This document shows, in pieces, positions 11,830 through 19,752 of a DNA stretch of 64,000 nucleotides (the stretch's first letter is position 1; each line of letters starts with the position of its first letter). Both the position numbers and the translations under genes were made by a program. Below the pieces are notes generated by a model, which was given only the letters and a program-made list of their open reading frames with translations, had not been told where the DNA came from and did not search any database. Source of the stretch: an uncultured Clostridium sp. (GTDB lineage: Bacteria; Bacillota; Clostridia; TANB77; CAG-508); NCBI GenBank assembly GCA_930991035.1, contig CAKNRV010000002.1:19134-83133 (forward strand), in the 5' to 3' direction.

Positions 11830-12918
11830 CTACTTTCCATTAATCATATTATAAGTACATTTATTTTGCTCATTGTCAGCAAAATTCCAAGTATGATATG
11901 CTCCTCCTAAACAATAATCCCAATATTCACATTTTTCACATTTATCGCATTTAGTTCTATCTTTAGTTCTAAATTCCTTATACTTGTTATTCCATATATC
12001 CTTAAAATTATCTGTTTTAATATTTCCTTGTATTAAACTCTTGATTCTAGGAACATTTGGACATACAAATAAATCTCCATTATATAAAATACTTGCAACA
12101 TTTATTCCTGTTCTACAATAAAAATACTGTTTTCTAACCTCTTTTTCATATTCTAATCCTAAAAATCCTGGACAACCATAAGTTAATTCTAATCTTCTAT
12201 CTTTCTTTTTTGATTTTATAAAGTCTAATAACTGTTTAATTTCTTTGCCATTTAATAATAAATTATCATTTTCATTAGCTCTTCCTATTGGATCCATTGA
12301 TACAAGTCTCCATGAATCCAGTCCTAGCTCCAACATTATTTGATATAGTTCTTCCATTTGATTAATATTTTCTTTATGAAATACTGTAGTTACTTGAATA
12401 TGCTTTACATATCCTGCTTTTTTCAATTTTTTTATATTGTTTATTATTGTTTGATAAGAATTAGGTACGCCTCTAAATTTGTTATGAGTTTCCTCTATTC
12501 CATCAATACTTATCGAAATTGTTTCCATATTAGCTTTTCGTAATTTTTCAATATTTTCCTCTGTTAATAATATTCCATTTGTTGTCATTCCCCAGTGAAA
12601 TCCTAATTCATTAGTTGCATATTCCATTACCTCACATAAATCTTTTCTTACTAATGGTTCTCCACCTGTTACATTGATTAATATTTTACTAGCATCCATA
12701 TCACAAGCAATTTGCTTAAAAGCACTTTTTATTTCTTCTGTTGTCAATTCTCCATCATATTGCTTCTTTTCTGCACTACTTCCACAATGTTTACATTTTG
12801 CATTACAAGTTAATGTGCATTCCCAAAACAAATCTATAAGTCTATGATTTATTAATTCTTGTTCTTTATAATTCTTCATTAAAGCTAATTCCCCTAATTT
12901 GTAAATATTTTTTAACAT
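11830..12918 (-). CDS. Radical SAM enzyme with C-terminal SPASM/twitch-type Cys cluster
   Basis: Carries the CNAKCKHC (CxxxCxxC) motif and a GGEP-like segment. The C-terminus has YCRTG...VCPNVP...CDKCEKCEYWDYC. The RBS is AAGGGGGTAGAAAATG. Confidence 0.8.
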   Translation of the reverse strand: MLKNIYKLGELALMKNYKEQELINHRLIDLFWECTLTCNAKCKHCGSSAEKKQYDGELTTEEIKSAFKQIACDMDASKILINVTGGEPLVRKDLCEVMEYATNELGFHWGMTTNGILLTEENIEKLRKANMETISISIDGIEETHNKFRGVPNSYQTIINNIKKLKKAGYVKHIQVTTVFHKENINQMEELYQIMLELGLDSWRLVSMDPIGRANENDNLLLNGKEIKQLLDFIKSKKKDRRLELTYGCPGFLGLEYEKEVRKQYFYCRTGINVASILYNGDLFVCPNVPRIKSLIQGNIKTDNFKDIWNNKYKEFRTKDRTKCDKCEKCEYWDYCLGGAYHTWNFADNEQNKCTYNMINGK

Positions 12919-13350
12919 TTTCTACCCCCTTTTGCTTTTTTATATATTGCTTAAAATAATTCTAAATATTATATATAGAACTACTGCACTAATTACTACT
13001 AATATTTTTTCCAAATTTTACTTTTACTTTTTAAAAATAGACTATTAGCCCTATTAATAAAACAATTTGAATTGCTATCATTGTAAATACTTTTAAAATT
13101 ATTGAACTTTTTTGAATTGGTTCCACAATTTCATAATCACAATCTAATAACGAATCACTTATTGATTTGCGTAAACTTTAATTGCTAATGCTTTTATACT
13201 TAATAAAACACCAATAATTATTGTTCCTATTTTTTGAATATTGCCATATATTTATATGCTTTTAATTTTATTTTCTTTAATATAACATAATTCAACATTT
13301 TTTACAATATATTATCTTAATTCAATAATAAAATTTAATTATCAGCAAAA

Positions 13351-13397
13351 CATATTTGAGTTTTATATCTTATGTTGTTCCTAAAAAACTCAAATCA
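13351..13397 (-). terminator. Putative terminator after the NUDIX gene
   Basis: TTTGAGTTTT/AAAACTCAAA 10-bp stem followed on the minus strand by a T-rich run. Confidence 0.4.
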
Positions 13398-13868
13398 TTA
13401 GTTATCCTCATAAATTCTATGCACTGGGAATTGTTTTTGTTTTAGTATCTCTTTTAAGCAAGCTGGAACTATGTTATACTTATCTATTTCATCCAAATCT
13501 ATCCATTCATAATTCAAATACTCTTTTCCTTCTATGTTATGTAATGTATATGTTATTTCTTGGTCTTGTTTATCTACAAACTCTACTCTGTGAATAAAAA
13601 ATATTTCGTGATATTTTTTTCCTTCTAGTTCAAAAAAGTTTTCTATTGTTGCAACATATCCTTCTGTTTCTACTTTTTTGCCTAATTCTTCTTCTAGTTC
13701 TCTTTTTACAGTTTGCTCTGAACTTTCACCTATTTCTACTCTTCCTCCAGGCAATGCTCGGTGATCTTTATTTATGTTTTTATGTGTTAAAACCTTATTG
13801 TTATGTATAATAACTCCTGCTGCTCTAATGTTTAATTTGTAATTCTCTACATCTAGTGTTAAATCCAT
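13398..13868 (-). CDS. NUDIX hydrolase
   Basis: Nudix box GGRVEIGESSEQTVKRELEEELG. Confidence 0.85.
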   Translation of the reverse strand: MDLTLDVENYKLNIRAAGVIIHNNKVLTHKNINKDHRALPGGRVEIGESSEQTVKRELEEELGKKVETEGYVATIENFFELEGKKYHEIFFIHRVEFVDKQDQEITYTLHNIEGKEYLNYEWIDLDEIDKYNIVPACLKEILKQKQFPVHRIYEDN

Positions 13869-13956
13869 TTTTACACCTCTCTTTTATATTATGCCTACAT
13901 CTTACTATATATTTATACATTTTGCAATAAGTTCTTGAAATAAAGTAATATATTTA

Positions 13957-14688
13957 TCAACTATTAAAATAATCTGCTATTCCATTATATATTCCCCAAG
14001 CAAGTTTATCTTGATATTCATCTGTTTGTAATAATTGTTCCTCTTCTGGATTAGATAAAAATCCACATTCTACAGTGGTTATTGGAATTTCTACATATTT
14101 CATTAAATATATAGTGTTTAGTTGTGCTGGCTGTCTCTTATTTTCTTTTTGCATTGCATCATTTAAATTATTTTGTATTGCTGTTGCTAACCTTTTGCTA
14201 TCTTCATTATTCTTTTTATAGAACGTCTGCCATCCGTCATATTGTTGCTGTGGGATTTTGTTAAGATGTATTGATACAAACACATCTGCCGAAGATTCAT
14301 TGCCTAATTTAACCCTATTATGCATATCAGAAACCTTTTTTTCTCGTATTGTATCACTTCCTGCATCATATATAGCATTTTCGTCAGAACGAGTTAGCAA
14401 AACTGTGCATCCACTTTGCTCTAGCAAGGTCTGCAATTTTAATGCAATTTTTAAATTTATTTTCGCCTCGGTTGTGCCGTTATTACTTTCTGCCCCTTCG
14501 TCTGGCGTTCCGTGCCCCGCATCTACAATAACTACTCTATTCGAAACAGGTGTTGAAACTGTTTCTACTGTTTTTTCTAATTGTATTGATTCGTCGCTAA
14601 TTACCCTAAATGAAAATGCATATAGCGATACAAATATTAGGCACAACATTGCAGTTATTCTTCTTTTACTTAAAATAAGCATATACAT
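13957..14688 (-). CDS. cwlD: Germination-specific N-acetylmuramoyl-L-alanine amidase CwlD-like (Amidase_3)
   Basis: VVIVDAGHG...SIHLNKIPQQQYDGWQTFY...GFLSNPEEEQLL...YQDKLAWGIYNGIADYF closely parallels B. subtilis CwlD. The true start may be the internal Met at about 14652 (MLCLIFVSLYAFS signal peptide). Confidence 0.8.
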   Translation of the reverse strand: MYMLILSKRRITAMLCLIFVSLYAFSFRVISDESIQLEKTVETVSTPVSNRVVIVDAGHGTPDEGAESNNGTTEAKINLKIALKLQTLLEQSGCTVLLTRSDENAIYDAGSDTIREKKVSDMHNRVKLGNESSADVFVSIHLNKIPQQQYDGWQTFYKKNNEDSKRLATAIQNNLNDAMQKENKRQPAQLNTIYLMKYVEIPITTVECGFLSNPEEEQLLQTDEYQDKLAWGIYNGIADYFNS

Positions 14689-14714
14689 ACCTCTCTTTGT
14701 ATATGTATATGCTT
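14678..14714. repeat. Palindromic hairpin element, copy A (AAGCATATACATA...TATGTATATGCTT)
   Basis: One of three copies of an 11-13-bp-stem palindrome; the others are at 14919-14955 and 16632-16661. Each is followed by a T-rich stretch. Confidence 0.6.
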
Positions 14715-14831
14715 ATTTTGCGCTTTTAGAACTTTTATATTACTTTATCGTCCATTACGAATTTGTCCCATTTGCGGAACTTTTTCGTATTCACTTTTCT
14801 GACATAGTACAAAATTTTTCTTTAAGGTATA

Positions 14832-14911
14832 AAAAACGTGAAAATTTTGTCACATACAGGTGCCAAAAACGTGAAATTTTTATCGTATGCTGGTGTCAAA
14901 AACGTGAAAAT
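14832..14911. promoter_or_regulatory. Three direct repeats of AAAAACGTGAAAAT(T) spaced 32-33 bp in the cwlD upstream region
   Basis: Repeats begin at 14832, 14865 and 14897. They lie between hairpin copies A and B. Confidence 0.45.
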
Positions 14912-14918
14912 AGCAAAT

Positions 14919-14955
14919 AAGCATATACATACCAAAAAGAGGCATGTATATGCTT
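14919..14955 (-). terminator. Palindromic hairpin element, copy B, acting as terminator of the AAA ATPase gene
   Basis: AAGCATATACAT-N13-ATGTATATGCTT located directly 3' of the ATPase stop codon. Confidence 0.5.
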
Positions 14956-14976
14956 ATTTGGCTATTCCCCATCGAG

Positions 14977-16362
14977 TTACGCTAAGCTATCTAAGCAAAA
15001 CACACTATAATGTGGAATACATTTTATTTCGTTTTCAAATCCAAAGTTCTTAGCAGATATTCTAATAGAGTATGGAATTTTATATAAACTTTTAAATACA
15101 TTTAAACTTTTTGACCTAGTATGTATACTTGATTTTGCTTCGATTGGAATAATATTACCATTCTTATCTTGTACAACAAAGTCAACTTCTGCCTTTCCAT
15201 TTGATTCCCAATAATATGGTTTTAATCCACATTCTATTAATGCATTACATACATAATTTTCTGCTAAAGCTCCTTTAAAATCATTCATAATATCATTATC
15301 AACTAAAACAATATTAGCAGGTATATCAAATTTATTACAAAGTAATCCTACGTCAGCCATATAAATTTTAAAGCTTTCAGGATCTATATAGGCTGGTAAT
15401 GGCAATTTTGCTTCTTTTATTTTAGTACATTGATTTACTATGCCTGATGCATTTAACCAATTTAGTGCACTTTCGTATTCGTATGCTCTTGCTCCTGATT
15501 TTATCAATTTATATTGAAATTTTTTGTTTTCTTTTGCTAGTTGCGCTGAAATGCTATTATATACAGCCATTATTTTTGTTGTTTCTGTTGGAGTAGTATA
15601 CTTTGCCATATCCGCAATATATGAATTATTAATATCATTTAATGTGGCTGCTACAAAATTCATATCTTGTTTTTCTTTATATTCCAAAATTGCTCTTGGC
15701 ATTCCTCCTATTGCTAAGTATAACCTGTAATATTGGCTTGCTAAACTATGCAATGAAAACTCTTTATTTTTTTCAAAAGATTCTCTTATCATATCTGCTA
15801 AATCTTTTTTATCCAATGCCCATAAAAACTCTTCAAAGTCAAATGGATGTAAAGTAACCATTTTTACTTTTCCTACTGGAAATGAATACTTTTGCCTGTT
15901 TATTGCTATTCCTAATAAAGAACCTGCTGCCACAACATCATACTTTGCTTTACTTTCTGCAAAATATTTAAGTGAGGTTAAAGCTCTTTCACATGCTTGT
16001 ATCTCATCAAAAAATATTAAGGTATCTTCTTCAAATATGCTTATTCCCAATTTGACACTAAGCTCATTTATTATTCTTTCTATATCTAAATCTTGTTCAA
16101 AAATTTTAGATATTTCAGTGTTTCCCTCAAAATTTATATAAGCCACATTTTTGTAGTTCTTTTTTCCAAATGATAATATGGTATATGTTTTTCCTACTTG
16201 CCTAGCTCCATATATAATTAGAGGTAATTTTTCTTTCTGATTTTTCCAATCAAGTAGTATTTTCGACATTTTTCGTTCCATTTTGTGTATCCTCCTTACA
16301 TTTATTGTAACATATTTGTAAAGAGTATTCAAGTAGTTCGAATAATTTTTAAGCTTATCCAC
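14977..16362 (-). CDS. AAA+ ATPase with DUF4143 C-terminal domain (COG1373-like)
   Basis: 461 aa with Walker A GARQVGKT and the typical architecture. Confidence 0.8.
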   Translation of the reverse strand: MDKLKNYSNYLNTLYKYVTINVRRIHKMERKMSKILLDWKNQKEKLPLIIYGARQVGKTYTILSFGKKNYKNVAYINFEGNTEISKIFEQDLDIERIINELSVKLGISIFEEDTLIFFDEIQACERALTSLKYFAESKAKYDVVAAGSLLGIAINRQKYSFPVGKVKMVTLHPFDFEEFLWALDKKDLADMIRESFEKNKEFSLHSLASQYYRLYLAIGGMPRAILEYKEKQDMNFVAATLNDINNSYIADMAKYTTPTETTKIMAVYNSISAQLAKENKKFQYKLIKSGARAYEYESALNWLNASGIVNQCTKIKEAKLPLPAYIDPESFKIYMADVGLLCNKFDIPANIVLVDNDIMNDFKGALAENYVCNALIECGLKPYYWESNGKAEVDFVVQDKNGNIIPIEAKSSIHTRSKSLNVFKSLYKIPYSIRISAKNFGFENEIKCIPHYSVFCLDSLA

Positions 16363-16632
16363 TTTTCCACATTTGAATATGTTGCAGAAAATGTAAATAT
16401 TTCTCCTGATTTACTAAGAAATATAGAAAACGGAAGAAATATTGGGAGTGTTCCTACCTTATTGAATTTATGTAATTTTTTAGAAATAACACCAGATTTT
16501 TTGTTTGAACCTTTAATTACAACTCGTAAAGATACCTTAGACACCGTTTTGCAAAAGCAACTTGCTTCTATTAGCAAAGAGGATAAAAAAATTTTGAAAC
16601 AAATTATAATTCATATAGATAAGAATTATTAA
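16363..16632 (+). pseudogene. XRE-family helix-turn-helix protein remnant (only the second half of the HTH_3 domain plus the C-terminus)
   Basis: …ISPDLLRNIENGRNIGSVPTLLNLCNFLEITPDFLF. The expected N-terminal helices are replaced by sequence antisense to the 5' end of the ATPase gene. Confidence 0.4.
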
Positions 16633-16661
16633 AGCATATACAGTTTTTTATGTATATGCTT
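16632..16661. terminator. Palindromic hairpin element, copy C, a bidirectional terminator between the XRE fragment and the GGDEF gene
   Basis: AAGCATATACA-N8-TGTATATGCTT followed by AATTTTTAAATTTATTTTT. Confidence 0.5.
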
Positions 16662-16672
16662 AATTTTTAAAT

Positions 16673-17626
16673 TTATTTTTCTATAAGACAACTTTTTGAA
16701 TTTCTTCTATCTATTGAATATGCACTTCCCATTGTGGTTTTTGCCAAATGTTTTACTTGTGCTCCAATTTCTCCTATTTCTAGCACATTGCTAAATCTTC
16801 CTTTGTGTGCAACAACTACTCCTATTGAGATTGATGTTAATGGGAATTGCTCCAATATACATTTTCTATTTGGCACTTCTAAATATCCTTTTTCTATATC
16901 TTCCTCATTAAAATATTTTAGTACCCCTTTGTCGAATTCTGCAATTATGTTTTGGCAAATTGCTTCGTAGTCGTCTTCTTCTGAAACTATTGCTACAAAG
17001 TCGTCTCCTCCAATATGTCCAACAAATGTGTTTCCACTTGTTGATAGTTTTGTTATATTATCTAGTATTACTCTAGCTGTGAATTTGATAATTTCGTCTC
17101 CATTTAAAAATCCATACACATCGTTATATGCTTTAAAGTTGTCCAAGTCTAAGTATAGCATTACAAAATCTTCTTTGTTTAATAGTCTTTTCTTCATTTC
17201 TGCTTGTATTTGTACATTTCCTGGTAATCCAGTTAGTGGACTTACTCTTCTGTTTGTATCTAATAATCTAATTAAATTCTTTATTGTAAAGTACAAGTAT
17301 TCGTTATCAATTGGTGCTTTAATGTAGTGCTCCACACACTCCTTTAGTACCTCTACCCTATGGGCTTTTTCTTTATTAGAAGATACCACTATTATTGGTG
17401 TTATGCTATTATCTTCATTTAAACGAATTTTTTTGCACACCTCTATTATGTTTTCGTCTATTTCATCCTCGTTTATTACAATAAGTGAAGGAATATTTTT
17501 TAGCATATCGTCTATTTTGTCTGTGTCTACTGATTTTAGTTTGAATTCCTTTTCTTTTTTGAATAAGTTGGATATAATCTCTTTTAATTTATTACTTTTG
17601 TCTATTATATAAATCTCCTGTGACAT
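16673..17626 (-). CDS. Response-regulator receiver + GGDEF-domain protein (diguanylate-cyclase family) with degenerate motifs
   Basis: The N-terminal REC-like domain has SLIVINEDEID, with Asn where the phospho-acceptor Asp is expected. The GGDEF domain has HIGGDDF instead of GG(D/E)EF. Confidence 0.75.
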   Translation of the reverse strand: MSQEIYIIDKSNKLKEIISNLFKKEKEFKLKSVDTDKIDDMLKNIPSLIVINEDEIDENIIEVCKKIRLNEDNSITPIIVVSSNKEKAHRVEVLKECVEHYIKAPIDNEYLYFTIKNLIRLLDTNRRVSPLTGLPGNVQIQAEMKKRLLNKEDFVMLYLDLDNFKAYNDVYGFLNGDEIIKFTARVILDNITKLSTSGNTFVGHIGGDDFVAIVSEEDDYEAICQNIIAEFDKGVLKYFNEEDIEKGYLEVPNRKCILEQFPLTSISIGVVVAHKGRFSNVLEIGEIGAQVKHLAKTTMGSAYSIDRRNSKSCLIEK

Positions 17627-17627
17627 T

Positions 17628-18536
17628 TTAACTCTCCTTATGTTTTTTTATTTTTTCTTTTAAATCCTTAAGTTCTATCTTTTGTGTCATAAATTTAGCA
17701 ATATTTTCTGATGTCATTTCTGGGAAAGCTTTTCTTAATTTAATTATTCGTTTATATATTTTTATTTTAAGCAAATCTTGTTTAAGCTTTAAATCTAAAA
17801 TAACTTTGTTTAGGTTTTCTGTATAATGTTTTTCCTTTTTCGCATCGTTTATGTCTGATTTTCCTTTTAAATTTGTTACCTTCTTTGAATCAATAATAGA
17901 TTTAAGTTCTGTAAGCTTTTCTGGATTTATTTCAGATTTAAGCTCTTCGATTTTTTCTTTAATAGTTTCACCAATCTCAAATAGTTTTCTAATCTTCTTG
18001 TCAATAACCATCTTTTTAACTATTGTTACAATTGCATCCACAAGTATAATTAAGCATATTACTATATTTAGATAAAACAATACATTTTCTGGAACTCTAT
18101 TAGTCAAGTTTTCTACTACTGGTTGTATTACAAATACTAGTAAAACACCTAATATTCCCCAATAAATAGAGTTTTTTAAGCAGATTCTTCCTTGAAAATT
18201 GAATTTCAAATGTGAATAGTCCCAATATTTAGTTTTAAAAAGTTTTTCTAAAACCACTGCAACTAGATATTCCCATAATGTAAATATAAAAAATCCTAAT
18301 AAGAATATCACTAATATGTTATCGCTTAAGTTGCTTGCTGCAATCATCATAACTGCGCCAATTCCATACATTGGGCAGAATGGACCATATAAGAATCCGC
18401 TATTTGTAACTTTTTTGAATATTATTGTTTTATATACCGATTCTAGGCACCAGCCAAAAAACGAGTATATTATAAAATAAAATATTATTTTATCCTGCAT
18501 AATCAAATTCTGTTGCTCCTTCTGCCGATATTCCAT
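17628..18536 (-). CDS. Polytopic membrane protein, CmpB-like 'putative ABC-transporter type IV' family (DUF1113-like) with a Lys-rich coiled-coil tail
   Basis: FFGWCLESVY...GPFCPMYG...LWEYLVAVVLEKLFKTKYWDYS motifs. Overlaps the upstream ORF by 47 bp. Confidence 0.55.
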   Translation of the reverse strand: MEYRQKEQQNLIMQDKIIFYFIIYSFFGWCLESVYKTIIFKKVTNSGFLYGPFCPMYGIGAVMMIAASNLSDNILVIFLLGFFIFTLWEYLVAVVLEKLFKTKYWDYSHLKFNFQGRICLKNSIYWGILGVLLVFVIQPVVENLTNRVPENVLFYLNIVICLIILVDAIVTIVKKMVIDKKIRKLFEIGETIKEKIEELKSEINPEKLTELKSIIDSKKVTNLKGKSDINDAKKEKHYTENLNKVILDLKLKQDLLKIKIYKRIIKLRKAFPEMTSENIAKFMTQKIELKDLKEKIKKHKES

Positions 18537-19446
18537 TAATGTTTGTAAGTTTTATGCTTAGTGTATTAGTACCTTGTCTTAAATCTAAGCTAAATGTAGC
18601 CTCTGTTCTGTTTAGATTATCCATAAAATACTCTTGTCCGTTTAAGTTTACTTCTATTGATTGAAGCCCATCTACGTCTGATGCTTGAATTATAATTTTT
18701 GCATTTTCTTCGTCTATGTCAATACGGTTTATTGTTGGTCTTTCTGAAGATACTATTATAGGCTGTTGTGCTGTTTCTGTATTACCAAAACTATCAACTG
18801 CTGTAACATAAATAGTATGTTCTCCTCTAGGTATATCTGTAACAGCATAATCTATTATTTTATCTTCTTCATTGTTTTTGTCAATCCTAATCTCTTCTCC
18901 ATCGTCTATTCTGTAAGTCATATATTCAATCTGTGTTTCGTCGCTTGCTCTAAGCCTTACGCTCAAACCTTGTCCTTGCTGAATGTCTATTGATGGCTTA
19001 GTAATATCTATTCCATCCAAATTTATTTCTCTAACATAAGTTACTGCTCTTCCTGTTTCGTCCTCTAAGACTATAGTCAAAACATCACTTTCGTTTGGAA
19101 GTATTATTTCTTCTTGAAAAGTAGTTCTTCCTTCTGATACAGAAGTTTGCTCTGTGTTTTGCCAATTATATTTGAAGCTATCTATAACATATTCGCTCTG
19201 CACATTTACAATTAACGTATCATTTTCTCTGCTTATACTAATACTTGCCAAGTTCTCTGTATTGCTTCCCTTTGCATCTCTGTATAAAGCATAAGAGCTA
19301 TGGCTTATGATACAAATGCCAAACACTATTATGACAATTGCAAAAAATCTAATTATATTTTTTATCTCAATTGGTCCACTGCTTGTCCTGACTTTTTTAG
19401 CTTTATTTTTCTTTTTATTATTTTCTACTGCTAAAATCTGATTCAT
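18490..19446 (-). CDS. Hypothetical membrane-anchored protein with repeated beta-rich extracellular domains
   Basis: 318 aa with an N-terminal TM segment and no recognised family. Same orientation as, and adjacent to, the surface-protein gene. Confidence 0.45.
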   Translation of the reverse strand: MNQILAVENNKKKNKAKKVRTSSGPIEIKNIIRFFAIVIIVFGICIISHSSYALYRDAKGSNTENLASISISRENDTLIVNVQSEYVIDSFKYNWQNTEQTSVSEGRTTFQEEIILPNESDVLTIVLEDETGRAVTYVREINLDGIDITKPSIDIQQGQGLSVRLRASDETQIEYMTYRIDDGEEIRIDKNNEEDKIIDYAVTDIPRGEHTIYVTAVDSFGNTETAQQPIIVSSERPTINRIDIDEENAKIIIQASDVDGLQSIEVNLNGQEYFMDNLNRTEATFSLDLRQGTNTLSIKLTNINGISAEGATEFDYAG

Positions 19447-19605
19447 TATACTCTATCATTCCTTTTCCAAAATTTACCTATTTTGTCACAAAAATTATAT
19501 CACAAGCATTTTTGCTTGTAAACAAAATTTGCAAATTTCTTAAACGAAAGGTTGTAGGATTTTACTATTAATAGCTTATTCTAAAAGCAAAGCAATGTTA
19601 TTTTC

Positions 19606-19647
19606 AATTTTATGTTGGAGTGCTTAAGGTGGGAACCGACAAGTTAC
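19606..19647 (+). repeat. Copy of the 'TTTTATGTTGGAGYGCTTAAGGTGGGRACCGACAAGTT' motif (paralogue of the dGTPase leader element)
   Basis: About 42 nt nearly identical to 52631-52668. Confidence 0.6.
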
Positions 19648-19661
19648 AGTCTGTGGAAAAA

Positions 19662-19752
19662 TTTAAGAACTTGAACAAATAGGAGTGTCCCAAATGTTTA
19701 AGAACTTGAACAAATAGGAGTGTCCCAAATGTTCAAGTTCTTATTTTATTTT
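19662..19752 (+). terminator. Tandem 35-bp repeat (2 units) that closes into a long hairpin plus T-run; plus-strand-oriented intrinsic terminator
   Basis: The unit TTTAAGAACTTGAACAAATAGGAGTGTCCCAAATG occurs twice (19662-19696, 19697-19731). AAGAACTTGAAC (19700-11) pairs with GTTCAAGTTCTT (19731-42) and is followed by ATTTTATTTTAT. It is related to the element at 54049-54125. Confidence 0.55.

Noticed and set aside
12919-13397. Search for a SCIFF-like or other Cys-rich RiPP precursor upstream of the radical SAM gene
   Set aside because: I translated the coding strand in all frames. Only 11-22-codon ORFs without Cys and without RBS were found (MKLWNQFKKVQ, MIAIQIVLLIGLIVYF, MLNYVILKKIKLKAYKYMAIFKK). 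None is convincing.
14832-14911. Possible CRISPR array (regularly spaced short direct repeats)
   Set aside because: There are only three imperfect 14-15-bp repeats with an 18-bp spacer-like gap, far shorter than CRISPR repeats, and no cas genes. More consistent with protein-binding sites.
14838-15053. 71-aa ORF spanning the cwlD-upstream repeats
   Set aside because: Its repetitive sequence (GAKNVKF…GVKNVKI) just mirrors the DNA repeats. There is no RBS, and it overlaps two terminator hairpins.
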